Below, one piece after another: positions 11,565 to 21,362 of a stretch of 47,429 nucleotides of DNA; within the stretch, counting starts at the first letter, position 1; the number at the start of each line of letters is the position of its first letter. Below the pieces are notes generated by a model. That model saw only the letters and a list, made by a program, of their open reading frames with translations. It ran no database searches and was not told the origin of the DNA. The DNA comes from Oculatellaceae cyanobacterium bins.114 (GTDB lineage: Bacteria; Cyanobacteriota; Cyanobacteriia; Elainellales; Elainellaceae): the NCBI GenBank assembly GCA_033764315.1, contig JANRJA010000096.1, positions 1 to 47,429 of the forward strand, written 5' to 3'. The position numbers and the translations under genes were made by a program.

Positions 11565-14500
11565 ATGACCCTCCGTATTCGTATTCTCTTGATGGTCACT
11601 TCCCTCCTTGCCGCAACGGTGTTGGTGACAACATTTGTGTTTGCCTGGGGAACTCGACGAGCGATGTTAATGCACACGGAAGAAGATGGAATTCGCACGG
11701 CTGAGTTTTTAGCCCGCATGACCCGCTTTAACGATCAGGCTCAAATTGATATAGAGCAAGTGATTGGAGAGCAGATGATTGTGCAAGCCACGATCGCCAG
11801 TCATATGGTCGCGATCGCAGAACAATCGGGAATGTCGTCAGAAGAACTCAATCAACGCTTGCGGGCGATCGCCGATACCACACCACTAGACGAGATTTGG
11901 ATTACCGACGAACAGGGGCATGCCTATCTCCACAACCTGCCCAATATCGACTTTACGTTTAGCCCTGATGCGACCCAACAACCTCAAGCAAGCTCTTTTT
12001 GGCCCCTGCTAACGGGTGACGCAACCGTGGTCAATCAACCCTTAATGCAGCGAGAGATTGACAATCGCTTCTTCAAATATGTGGGTGTAGCTGGGGTTGA
12101 CCAGCCGCGCATTGTTCAGGTGGGGTATGATGCAGCTCTGCTAGAGCGGTTTCGCCAACGGTTGGGGTTAGTTCGCATTGTCACAGAATTGGTGGATGGC
12201 AAACGCATCGTGGCTATTCGGATCATCGATCGCCAGATGAATAACCTGGCTCGTCATGTCACGGCTGGGTTACCCAACACCCAAAGTATGGATGACCCCA
12301 AGGATTTGGCAAACCTGCAACGGGTGATGAGTGAGGGCAAACCATTTAGCTATCTTGATGATTCAGTTGTCAAGGTGATGGTGCCCAACTTAGATGATCG
12401 AGGGGTGATCAGCGGAGCTACTGTCATCTATATCTCAACCCACGAGTTGCAACAAGAAATGCTGGGCGATTTACATCGAGCCGCGATCGCCTCTGCTCTA
12501 ATTTTGACGATAGGAGTCTTTGCTTCAATTTTCCTGGCCCGCCGAATTGCCCAACCCATCGCTCAGTTGACGTTGGCCGCAACGGCGATTCAAACCGAGC
12601 AATTTGATCCAGAGATGCTCAAACGAGCGACCACTGGCAAAGATGAATTAGGCTTGCTGGCACGAGTCTTTCAACGCATGGCGCGAGAAGTACGCGAACG
12701 AGAACAAGGGCTGATTCAAGCTAAGGAAGCCTTACACCGCAGTGAAGCTCACTTTCGGTCGCTGATCGAAAACGCCTCAGATGTGATTACGATTCTCAGT
12801 GCAGAAGGCACCGTTCAATATGGCAGTGCTTCGGTAAAAGCGGTGTTAGGGTACAACCCAGACGAGGTGATGCATCGCTCCATTCTGGAGTTTGTTCACC
12901 CCGATCAACAATCGGAAGTGATGGCGGCGTTTAATCGTGCCCTGGTCGAAGGAGGAGTTAGCTCACCTCTGGAGCTATGTCTAAAACACAAAGATGGCCC
13001 CTGGTTGATCTTAGAAGCCGTTAGCAACAATCTATTGCACGATAAAACGGTGGGTGGCATTATCGTCAATCTGCGAGATATCACCGAACGCAAGCAAGCC
13101 GAAGCCCTGCAAAAAGCAAAAGATATGGCTGAGCAAGCCAATCGGGCTAAGAGTCAATTTCTCGCCAACATGAGCCACGAACTCCGGACTCCGTTGAATG
13201 CCATCATTGGCTATAGCGAGATGTTGCAAGAAGAAGCTGAAGATACGGGACAGGATGGGTTTGTGCCCGATCTAAAGCGCATTCACACCGCTGGAAAGCA
13301 CTTGCTGGCGTTGATCAATGACATTTTGGACTTGTCTAAAATTGAGGCAGGCAAAATGGATTTGTATCTGGAACGGTTTGATATTTTGCAGATGATTCAA
13401 GATGTTGTCAGCACTATTCATCCGTTGCTTGAAAAGAATCACAATACTCTAGTGGTTGACTGCCCCGACTCTATTGGCACAATGTATGCTGACTTAACGA
13501 AAGTCAGACAAAATTTGCTAAATCTGTTGAGTAATGCGGCCAAGTTTACCAATCAGGGGACGGTTACTCTAAAGGTTTGGAAGGAAGGACAACCCCAACA
13601 CGAAGACGACAAGGTTAAGAGGGCAGGAGACTCTTTTGAATCTCGTCCCGTTACGTCGGTCATCTGGTTTCAGGTGTCTGATACCGGAATTGGGATGACA
13701 GCAGAACAGATGAGTAAACTGTTTCAGGCATTTACCCAGGCGGATGCCTCGACCACTCGCAAGTATGGCGGCACGGGGCTAGGGTTGGCGATCGCCCAAC
13801 GGTTTTGCCAGATGATGGGGGGTTCTCTAGAGGTTGAGAGCGTAGTCGATCAGGGAACTACATTCACAATGGTGTTGCCCGTTCAGGTGATGTCTCTTGC
13901 CCTTCCCCCGACACGAGTCACTGACCTACCAGACACCTTTGACGCGACCACCTCAAGCTCCCCAATTTTGGTGATCGATGATGACCCCACTGTGCATGAT
14001 TTAGTGAGACGCTTTTTGGTCAAAGAGGGGTTTCAGGTGTGCAGTGCCTTTGATGGAGAAGAAGGACTCCGATTAGCTAAAGAGTTACATCCGATCGCTA
14101 TCACGTTGGATGTGATGATGCCAGGAATGGATGGCTGGACAGTCCTATCCATGCTTAAAAATGATGTTGAATTGGCCGACATCCCTGTGGTCATGATGAC
14201 AATGGTGGATGACAAGAATATGGGCTACGCTCTGGGAGTCTCAGATTATTTGACAAAACCGATCGATCGCAGTCGCTTGATTAGCCTGCTCAGGCGGGTG
14301 CAGTGCGAAAACCCTCCTTGCTCAATCTTGGTGGTCGAAGATGACCTCGTCACCCGCGACATGATGCAACATATGCTAGAGCGAGAGGGGTGGCAGGTGG
14401 TGTTGGCAGAAAATGGTCGGGTTGCTCTAGAGCGGTTAGCTGAGACTCACCCTGAGTTGATCTTGCTCGACCTGGTGATGCCTGAAATGGATGGATTTGG

Positions 14501-14717
14501 CTTTATTGCAGAATTGCAAAAACGAGAGGAGTGGCGATCGCTGCCGGTGGTGATCCTGACGGCTAAAGATCTGACCCTCGACGATCGTCTCCGGCTCAAC
14601 ACCCACGTCGAGCAGATTCTCCAGAAAGGAGCGTATAGTCTTGAAGAAATACTTATTGAGATCCGTAGATTGGCAATAACGAGTCGTCCTAAGACTTGTC
14701 TCAACCCAATTACATAA
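11565..14717 (+). CDS. Membrane hybrid histidine kinase (Cache-like sensor-HAMP-PAS-HisKA-HATPase-REC-REC)
   Basis: Two TM helices; HAMP (ARRIAQPIAQL..DELGLLARVFQRM); PAS ending RDITERKQAE; H-box SHELRTPLN; two receivers. Confidence 0.92.
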   Translation: MTLRIRILLMVTSLLAATVLVTTFVFAWGTRRAMLMHTEEDGIRTAEFLARMTRFNDQAQIDIEQVIGEQMIVQATIASHMVAIAEQSGMSSEELNQRLRAIADTTPLDEIWITDEQGHAYLHNLPNIDFTFSPDATQQPQASSFWPLLTGDATVVNQPLMQREIDNRFFKYVGVAGVDQPRIVQVGYDAALLERFRQRLGLVRIVTELVDGKRIVAIRIIDRQMNNLARHVTAGLPNTQSMDDPKDLANLQRVMSEGKPFSYLDDSVVKVMVPNLDDRGVISGATVIYISTHELQQEMLGDLHRAAIASALILTIGVFASIFLARRIAQPIAQLTLAATAIQTEQFDPEMLKRATTGKDELGLLARVFQRMAREVREREQGLIQAKEALHRSEAHFRSLIENASDVITILSAEGTVQYGSASVKAVLGYNPDEVMHRSILEFVHPDQQSEVMAAFNRALVEGGVSSPLELCLKHKDGPWLILEAVSNNLLHDKTVGGIIVNLRDITERKQAEALQKAKDMAEQANRAKSQFLANMSHELRTPLNAIIGYSEMLQEEAEDTGQDGFVPDLKRIHTAGKHLLALINDILDLSKIEAGKMDLYLERFDILQMIQDVVSTIHPLLEKNHNTLVVDCPDSIGTMYADLTKVRQNLLNLLSNAAKFTNQGTVTLKVWKEGQPQHEDDKVKRAGDSFESRPVTSVIWFQVSDTGIGMTAEQMSKLFQAFTQADASTTRKYGGTGLGLAIAQRFCQMMGGSLEVESVVDQGTTFTMVLPVQVMSLALPPTRVTDLPDTFDATTSSSPILVIDDDPTVHDLVRRFLVKEGFQVCSAFDGEEGLRLAKELHPIAITLDVMMPGMDGWTVLSMLKNDVELADIPVVMMTMVDDKNMGYALGVSDYLTKPIDRSRLISLLRRVQCENPPCSILVVEDDLVTRDMMQHMLEREGWQVVLAENGRVALERLAETHPELILLDLVMPEMDGFGFIAELQKREEWRSLPVVILTAKDLTLDDRLRLNTHVEQILQKGAYSLEEILIEIRRLAITSRPKTCLNPIT

Positions 14718-14755
14718 ACACTTCTTAACAAAACGCAATTAATCGCAAAAAAGAA

Positions 14756-15133
14756 ATGTCTAAAATTCTCCTAGTCGAAGACAATGAAATGAATCGAGAT
14801 ATGTTGTCCCGACGACTTGAGCGCAAAGGACACCAAATCTTGATTGCAGTCGATGGTGAACAAGGAATTGTGATGGCACAATCAGAAATGCCAGATCTGA
14901 TTTTGATGGATATGAGTCTGCCCGTGCTAGATGGCTGGGCGGCCACTCGTCAATTAAAGGCATCTCCTATGACAAGTTCAATCCCAATCATTGCGTTAAC
15001 GGCTCATGCCATGTCAGGTGATAAAGAGAAATGCTTTGAGGCAGGTTGCGACGACTACGACACCAAACCCGTTGAGTTTGCTCGCCTTTTAGGAAAAATC
15101 GAGGCACTTTTGGAGCAACAGAAAGTTGTATGA
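14756..15133 (+). CDS. Single-domain response regulator (DivK-like)
   Basis: ILLVEDN, LILMD, IIALTAHAM and TKP motifs; 125 aa; stop overlaps the next start. Confidence 0.92.
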   Translation: MSKILLVEDNEMNRDMLSRRLERKGHQILIAVDGEQGIVMAQSEMPDLILMDMSLPVLDGWAATRQLKASPMTSSIPIIALTAHAMSGDKEKCFEAGCDDYDTKPVEFARLLGKIEALLEQQKVV

Positions 15134-16194
15134 AGCTTGACAGCGGGCAAGTTCTCGTTGTAGACGACAACGAGATGAACCGAGATCTCCTCTCTAAACG
15201 ACTACGCCGTCAGGGATTGACCGTCGTAATCGCTGAGAATGGGCGGCAAGCATTGTCAGAGATGCAAGCGCAGCCCTTTGATCTAGTGCTGCTCGACATT
15301 ATGATGCCAGAGCTAAATGGCTATGAAGTGCTAGAACAACTTAAAGCAGATCCTTTGCTGCGCCACATTCCCGTGATTATGATCTCAGCGTTAGACGACA
15401 TTGATAGTGTCGTGCGTTGCATCGAGTTGGGAGCCGAAGATTACCTGTTTAAACCCTTTAACCCCACTCTGCTGAAAGCCAGAATTAGTGCTTGCTTAGA
15501 GAAAAAGCGTCTGCGCGACCAGGAACAGGCTTATCTCAAACAATTGCAAGAAGAACAGGAAAAATCAGAGCGATTGTTGCTCAACATCTTGCCTAAAGCG
15601 ATCGCTGACCAACTCAAACAACACCAGCGCACCATTGCCGATAACTTTGCCGAAGTAACGGTGATGTTTGCCGATATTGTCAACTTCACTGAGTTGTCAT
15701 CACGTTTATCTCCGATTGAGCTAGTGAGTTTGTTGAACACGATCTTTTCTGCTTTTGATCATCTAGCCGAGCAGCATCAACTCGAAAAAATTAAAACCAT
15801 TGGCGATGCTTACCTGGTGGTGGGGGGGTTGCCCATTCCTCGACCCGACCATGCCGAGGCGATCGCAGAGATGGCACTGGATATGCAAGCGGCGATCGCC
15901 GCTCTCAACTTTGGGGAACTCAGCCTCAATAAACCCCTGACCATGAGAATTGGCATCAATACTGGACCTGTAGGAGCCGGAGTGATTGGCACCACCAAAT
16001 TTACCTATGATCTCTGGGGAGACACCGTCAACACCGCCAGTCGCATGGAGTCTCTAGGCTTGCCAGGTCAAATTCAAGTCACCGCTGACACCTACGAACG
16101 CCTCAAAGACCGATACCTATTTCAAAAACGAGGGGCGATCGATGTCAAAGGCAAAGGCGAAATGACCACCTACTTGCTGATTAGCAGAAAATAG
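15130..16194 (+). CDS. Receiver-regulated class III adenylate cyclase
   Basis: N-terminal REC, then VMFADIVNFT, KIKTIGDAY and YDLWGDTVNTASRMES. The Lys/Asp substrate-specifying pair indicates ATP rather than GTP. Confidence 0.92.
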   Translation: MKLDSGQVLVVDDNEMNRDLLSKRLRRQGLTVVIAENGRQALSEMQAQPFDLVLLDIMMPELNGYEVLEQLKADPLLRHIPVIMISALDDIDSVVRCIELGAEDYLFKPFNPTLLKARISACLEKKRLRDQEQAYLKQLQEEQEKSERLLLNILPKAIADQLKQHQRTIADNFAEVTVMFADIVNFTELSSRLSPIELVSLLNTIFSAFDHLAEQHQLEKIKTIGDAYLVVGGLPIPRPDHAEAIAEMALDMQAAIAALNFGELSLNKPLTMRIGINTGPVGAGVIGTTKFTYDLWGDTVNTASRMESLGLPGQIQVTADTYERLKDRYLFQKRGAIDVKGKGEMTTYLLISRK

Positions 16195-16199
16195 AGCCT

Positions 16200-17441
16200 A
16201 TGCAGGGTGATGCTTCATCCCACACTCCTGATCCAGCAGGAACAATTCAGATCAAAAATCACCCCTTCCCCTTTTTGCTCTATCTGGAATGGGGATTGGT
16301 GGTGCTCGCTATTCTCAGTGAGTTTTTGCCTGCTCCGGTGTCTCGCCTGTCTCGCTATCCTGTCTTAACAATTGCGAGTATTGCCATTTTTGGCTTGATG
16401 GGGTTGCGTCTACCCACAAAACGTCCTCTGACAAAAGTGGCTTACACTTTAGTGGAATTGGGACTCATTATCTTAGCCACTACCACAGGCTTGCGAGGGT
16501 TGCGGTTGTTTCCCTTTCTCTATTTGGTGCTGGTGAGTCGCAGTTGTTTGATCTTTAAACTGCCGGGACGATTGCTCGTTTCTGGGGTAGCGTTTGTCCT
16601 ATTTTTTCTGATTTTGGTCTATCGAGTCAGATCCCTGGTGCTACAATTGCCGACCGTGGTTGCAGAAAGGTTTCGCCCTCTGGTTTGGGGGTTTGCCATC
16701 AATTCAGTTTTGTTGTTTGGCTTGGCGTTGGTGTTTGTGCTGTTGTTAGTCAATGCCCTGATTGCTGAACGCCAGAGCCGTGAAAAGTTGGCGATCGCCA
16801 ATGATCAATTGCGAGAGTATGCCCAGAAAATTGAGAATTTAGCGGCTGTCCAAGAGCGCAACCGCATTGCCCGCGAGATTCACGACTCTTTGGGACACGC
16901 TCTGACAGCACTCAACATTCAACTTGAGGGAGCCTTAAAACTATGGCAGGCAAACCCTCAAAAAGCCCGAACATTTTTGCAAGATGCTAAACAACTCGGC
17001 TCAACAGCTTTGCAAGAAGTGCGTCAATCCGTTACCACTCTGCGGTCTGATCCGTTGCGAGGGCAGTCACTATCAGAGGCGATCGCCCAGCTCAGCAACG
17101 ACTTTTATAGAACGACTGGAGTTCAACCTCGTTGTCAGATTCAGTTGACACAAGCTCTCTCTAGTGAGATCAACACTACGCTCTATCGCATCATTCAAGA
17201 AGCTTTGACTAACACTTGCAAGCATGCAGATGCGACTACCGTTGAGATTCAAGTGCGTACCACTCCAACTCAGGTGCAATTAACCTATTACGACAACGGC
17301 AACGGCTTTCAAGTGAACCAAAACCAAACCGGATTTGGCTTGCAGGGAATGCGCGAACGCGCGTTAGCCTTAAAGGGACAATTCACCTTTAATAGTTCAC
17401 CCGGACAAGGGGTTCGTCTTAGTGTTCATATTCCTTTGTAG
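16200..17441 (+). CDS. Membrane HisKA_3 (DesK/NarX-type) sensor histidine kinase
   Basis: About five TM helices; ERNRIAREIHDSLGH H-box; QEALTN, DNGNGF and GFGLQGMRER motifs. Confidence 0.92.
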   Translation: MQGDASSHTPDPAGTIQIKNHPFPFLLYLEWGLVVLAILSEFLPAPVSRLSRYPVLTIASIAIFGLMGLRLPTKRPLTKVAYTLVELGLIILATTTGLRGLRLFPFLYLVLVSRSCLIFKLPGRLLVSGVAFVLFFLILVYRVRSLVLQLPTVVAERFRPLVWGFAINSVLLFGLALVFVLLLVNALIAERQSREKLAIANDQLREYAQKIENLAAVQERNRIAREIHDSLGHALTALNIQLEGALKLWQANPQKARTFLQDAKQLGSTALQEVRQSVTTLRSDPLRGQSLSEAIAQLSNDFYRTTGVQPRCQIQLTQALSSEINTTLYRIIQEALTNTCKHADATTVEIQVRTTPTQVQLTYYDNGNGFQVNQNQTGFGLQGMRERALALKGQFTFNSSPGQGVRLSVHIPL

Positions 17442-17751
17442 CCATAAGCATGGGTTGAGTAAAAGCCGTAAGGGAAATATTGTCCATCACCATAGCAATG
17501 GACAAAGGTTCAATGTAGAGCTTGTAAGGGATGCAGGTGAAGTGCTTGCCCTCTTGACGTTGGAGCGATCGGATATTCAACCTGAACGAGAAACCCTGCG
17601 AGAGCAAGTTCTGGCAATTCTGAATTCTTTACCTGAAGACTTAATTGCAGAAGTGAGAGACTTTGCTGAATTTTTACAGCGACGAAAAGCAGGCTCAATA
17701 CTTAGGCGACGCTTCAATAAATATAAGCTGATTCCAAAGGTATATCCTTAG
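17442..17751 (+). pseudogene. 5'-truncated DUF4926-like / DUF2281-like fusion remnant
   Basis: KHGLSKSRKGNIVHHHSNGQRFNVELVRDAGEVLALLTLERSDIQP resembles the C-terminal part of DUF4926, and LNSLPEDLIAEVRDFAEFLQRRK resembles DUF2281. There is no credible start, and similarity begins right after the kinase stop. Confidence 0.55.
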
Positions 17752-17857
17752 CTTCTCGGAATTTAACTCTTACTCCACACAAAAAATGGACAATTCCCAT
17801 CCTACTCACTGATGCGTTTCAAGGAGGTCATCATAGAGTAATTAGAGTTATCGTAGG

Positions 17858-17900
17858 GAGCGCACTCTACAAAATCTGCGCTCGCACTTTTCTTTTTATT
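17858..17900 (+). terminator. Possible intrinsic terminator between convergent units
   Basis: GAGCGCA (17858-64) / TGCGCTC (17877-83) inverted repeat followed by TTTTCTTTTT. Confidence 0.35.
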
Positions 17901-17989
17901 GAGGTAACTTGGTACTTTGTACACCATTACAATGTCTTTCTCCATTGTTGACCATTACTATGCAGTACTATCGAAAAGTTGAATTGAGC

Positions 17990-18934
17990 CTAACGAATTG
18001 TGAGCAGATAGCGCCCTAAACCCGTATGGTCATATGAATTTACTATAACCCTATATCTACCAGTATATGGAAGAGTAATTACCATCTGGGAATTGGTATT
18101 GCTGCCATTAATATCATCATTCTCCCCAATGTTTTGACCATTTTGAGTGTATAGAAGAAGGTAAGTATCAAAGTCTGAACTAGATAAGTTAATTACTACA
18201 GATTGACCAGCACTGCCTTGGAAATAGTACTCATCATAAGAGCTACCATCGTTCAAAATAGGATCATTTCTGGTTAAAGCTCCACGTTCCTCTAGGATGA
18301 ATCTTTGTTGGCTTGATGGGGGTGATGTCTGATTTGTGTCTTGCCAAAACGCATTCAGTGAAATGAAGTTTTGCCTATCACTTGGACTACTCAAACCTAC
18401 ACGATCTGAAAAGGACTGGCGACATTGTTGCTCAAAACTCTCATACTGCAACCTTGTTAGATCTGTATTTCCAAACTGTCGCAGTAAATTACCCGCGAAA
18501 GCTGGTACAAACAAGCATCCTTGAAGCTCATTTTGAAACGTCAATAACAAATCATTAGTTCTACAAAAACCTTGTTGCTGATTTTGTGGATTAGTCGCAA
18601 CACAAAGTACCGGTTGGTTGTTGATATAACTGAAGGTTAAACCATAAATTAAATTCTCCCCATAGGTAACTAAAGCATTTTGGAATCTCTGAGATACAGC
18701 CCTACAACGTGCTAATGGCGTAGAATAAGGTGGGGGTGTCCAAGCAGAGGTGAAAGTAATAAAGTCAAATCTTTGACGATTGCTAAATAATGCCATTACG
18801 GGTGGATTCCGGCTTTCATCGCAGTAAAAGTATTCAGCAGTTGATTGCGCTACAGCTTGTTCACGATGAAAAAAAGAAATATTAAAACTTGAAAAACCAA
18901 GAAGCAACGTAATTGTAAATCGAAATAATTTCAC
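17990..18934 (-). CDS. Secreted COP23-domain protein with C-terminal PPC (pre-peptidase C) domain
   Basis: Signal peptide ending AVA-Q. COP23-like pattern FYC..TPLARCRAVSQRFQ..INNQPVLCVA..C..LLLTF. PPC pattern YDEYYFQGSAGQSVVINLSSSDFDTYLLL..ENDD..TGRYRVIVNSY..GRYLLTI. GTG start with an upstream GGAG. Confidence 0.8.
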   Translation of the reverse strand: MKLFRFTITLLLGFSSFNISFFHREQAVAQSTAEYFYCDESRNPPVMALFSNRQRFDFITFTSAWTPPPYSTPLARCRAVSQRFQNALVTYGENLIYGLTFSYINNQPVLCVATNPQNQQQGFCRTNDLLLTFQNELQGCLFVPAFAGNLLRQFGNTDLTRLQYESFEQQCRQSFSDRVGLSSPSDRQNFISLNAFWQDTNQTSPPSSQQRFILEERGALTRNDPILNDGSSYDEYYFQGSAGQSVVINLSSSDFDTYLLLYTQNGQNIGENDDINGSNTNSQMVITLPYTGRYRVIVNSYDHTGLGRYLLTIR

Positions 18935-18990
18935 AAGGAGACTCCCTATAACTTGAACTTAGAATATAAAGGCTCAAAAAGTTACATAAC

Positions 18991-21222
18991 CTAAACACAT
19001 GGAGGGGTCCTGCATATAGGGTTAACAGGTTGTCTTCTTCGCCTTCCTTCTTCTCTACGTCTAGCTGCCGCTGTTTCTTCTCTACGTCTAGCTGCCGCTG
19101 TTTCTTCTCTACGTCTAGCTGCCGCTGCTTCTTCTCTACGTCTAGCTGCCGCTGCTTCTTCTCTACGTCTAGCTGCCGCTGCTTCTTCTCTACGTCTAGC
19201 TGCCGCTGCTAACTCATCACTTGCCTGCTGAATTATAGAAGAAGCTTGCTGCTCCCAATAATTAGTGGTTACCTTGCTTGCTTCATCAATAGCTTGCTGC
19301 CATTGTTGTGAATCTATAGCTTCCTTAGCGACTTCAAGAGAGGCTTCGTTTTTTTCCCATTCTTGATTCCACTGTTCAATTTGCTCTAAAGTTCTAGTAT
19401 GCAAAGGGCTTCCCTCTGGGATCGCCTTTATCATCGCTATGGCTTCATCTAGCTTGCCTGACTGATACTGCTCTTGTGCTAATTGCAATATGCGGTTAGA
19501 CCATTGACTAATTAACTGGTTAGCCTGCTGATGTGCAGAATGCCCAGGCAATATCTCAGTTGCTATCGTAATTGCACGACTGTAACTACCTTCTTCAGCA
19601 AATTGTTGAGCTAAAGCAAGTTGACAATCTCCCAGAAGACCCTGAGCAGAACCATAAGCTTCAGTGTGACTTGATGAAATAGTCTTTGCCTTCTCAATAC
19701 ACTGTTCATAATTGCCTGACAATTTAAGTTCCCTCGCTTCAGAAGCAAGATTCTCAGCTTGAAGATAAGCTTGATGACGGTTTACTGAAATTGTCCCTAT
19801 TATCAAACCAATAATTACAAGTAACCCTCCTACCCCAGTGAATAACCATACTTTGCGTGCAAGAATACTTTTCCTTCTAATATTTGGAGAGGGAAATACT
19901 GATAAAGAATTAGAAATATTTTCAGAAACTTCAGCATTACTATAAGTAGTTTTCACCTCATTTGAAGGGGGCTTAATTGATCCAGTTGAGACGATTGTAG
20001 ATTGAGGAGAATTGGAGGATAGTATTGTCGGTAACGCGTTTATATTGCTTAATTCAACAGCATTTCTATCTGTAGAGACAACCGTTGGATTTGGAACTCC
20101 GAACGATGTATCAACACTAGACATTTCCTTATCTGCAGGAGCTGATGAAACAACTGTAGATTGAGGATTAGATTTAAACGTTTCTTCAGTAGGCCTAGAA
20201 TCTTTGGCAAGCGACGAAGAAACAATTGTTTCAGAATTATCGAATTTCTTGACGGGGTAAATATTATTTATAGGTTGATTAGATTGGTTAGATACATGTG
20301 TAGGTCGCAAGTTTGTTACTGATTGATTTAACTGCTCATTGAAAGTATGAGATTGAGACAAACTTGTGTACTCACCATCTACAAAAACTGTCCTTTTTTT
20401 CGCAAGAAGTAACTGAAGATCCGCTAATACATCCTGAGCTTCTTGATATCGTTCTCTGAAATGGTAACGTACCATTCGATCAATAATATTTGCAAGTTCG
20501 TCTGTACAATTTGCCCACGCGCTCCAAACAAGTTCACCTGTTTCTGGATCTTCTTGTAGTTGATTAGGCAGCAAGCCTGTTAAAGCTTGAATGCAAATAA
20601 TGCCTAAAGAGTAAATATCACTATTTGGACGAGGTTTCCCCCGTCCCTGCTCAGTTGGCATATAACCTGGAGTTCCAGCTACAATTGTTGTTGTAGGTTG
20701 TCCATGTAATAGAACTTGTTTAACTGTTCCAAAATCTACTAAAACAATTTTGTTGTCGCTATCTCGACGAATTAAGTTATCAGGTTTAATGTCTCTATGT
20801 ATTACACCGTTTTTATGAATAAAAGCCAATATATTTAAGACTTCACAAAGTAACTTATAAACTAATACTTCGTCCCATTTATGCCCAGGTTTCAACTCAT
20901 AGGTAAGTGTATGCCCACCAATTAGCTCTTGAACCAAGTAAAAGTCTTGATTCTCATCAAAATAAGCCAGCAGTTGCGGAATTTGGTTATGCTTGCCTAA
21001 TTTCTGTAAAGTCTCGGCTTCATTAAGAAATAACCGTTTTATATTCTCGAATTGCTTTAAATTATCACTTCCTGGTGGTTTAAGATGTTTGACTACGCAA
21101 TGAGGATTACCTGGAAGACGAATATCTTCAGCAACATAGGTTCGTCCAAAACCACCCTCTGCTAAATTCTGAATTATTCTGTAACGCCCATCTAATAATT
21201 CACCAAACCTAAGTACCTTCAT
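18991..21222 (-). CDS. Membrane-spanning Hanks-type Ser/Thr protein kinase with extracytoplasmic TPR-like region and repeat tail
   Basis: Likely start MKVLRFGELLDGRY (ATG 21222). Kinase motifs GGFGRTY, VVK, HRDIKPDN, DFG and GTPGYM. S/T-rich linker, TM VWLFTGVGGLLVIIGLIIGTI, and (AAARRREEA/T)x6. Confidence 0.9.
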   Translation of the reverse strand: MKVLRFGELLDGRYRIIQNLAEGGFGRTYVAEDIRLPGNPHCVVKHLKPPGSDNLKQFENIKRLFLNEAETLQKLGKHNQIPQLLAYFDENQDFYLVQELIGGHTLTYELKPGHKWDEVLVYKLLCEVLNILAFIHKNGVIHRDIKPDNLIRRDSDNKIVLVDFGTVKQVLLHGQPTTTIVAGTPGYMPTEQGRGKPRPNSDIYSLGIICIQALTGLLPNQLQEDPETGELVWSAWANCTDELANIIDRMVRYHFRERYQEAQDVLADLQLLLAKKRTVFVDGEYTSLSQSHTFNEQLNQSVTNLRPTHVSNQSNQPINNIYPVKKFDNSETIVSSSLAKDSRPTEETFKSNPQSTVVSSAPADKEMSSVDTSFGVPNPTVVSTDRNAVELSNINALPTILSSNSPQSTIVSTGSIKPPSNEVKTTYSNAEVSENISNSLSVFPSPNIRRKSILARKVWLFTGVGGLLVIIGLIIGTISVNRHQAYLQAENLASEARELKLSGNYEQCIEKAKTISSSHTEAYGSAQGLLGDCQLALAQQFAEEGSYSRAITIATEILPGHSAHQQANQLISQWSNRILQLAQEQYQSGKLDEAIAMIKAIPEGSPLHTRTLEQIEQWNQEWEKNEASLEVAKEAIDSQQWQQAIDEASKVTTNYWEQQASSIIQQASDELAAAARRREEAAAARRREEAAAARRREEAAAARRREETAAARRREETAAARRREEGRRRRQPVNPICRTPPCV
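19048..19209. repeat. Coding tandem repeat, 6 x 27 bp
   Basis: TTCTTCTCTACGTCTAGCTGCCGCTG[T/C] starts at 19048, 19075, 19102, 19129, 19156 and 19183, with no spacers. Confidence 0.97.
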
Positions 21223-21362
21223 AAGACAAGTTTCTAAAAAATGAATTTCTTTAAAGTTTTGAAGACAAAAAGGGAAAGATCTAATCCAATGCCTTTGCAA
21301 CAGGTACCGCAATTTATAAGAATTTTGCAGAGAATCTGTAAAGCAGATTCTCTGCAATTCAA

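Noticed and set aside
19030-19212. CRISPR-like repeat, or a plus-strand Cys-rich repeat ORF
   Set aside because: The units are contiguous with no spacers and no cas genes. The plus-strand ORF is the antisense shadow of the kinase tail.
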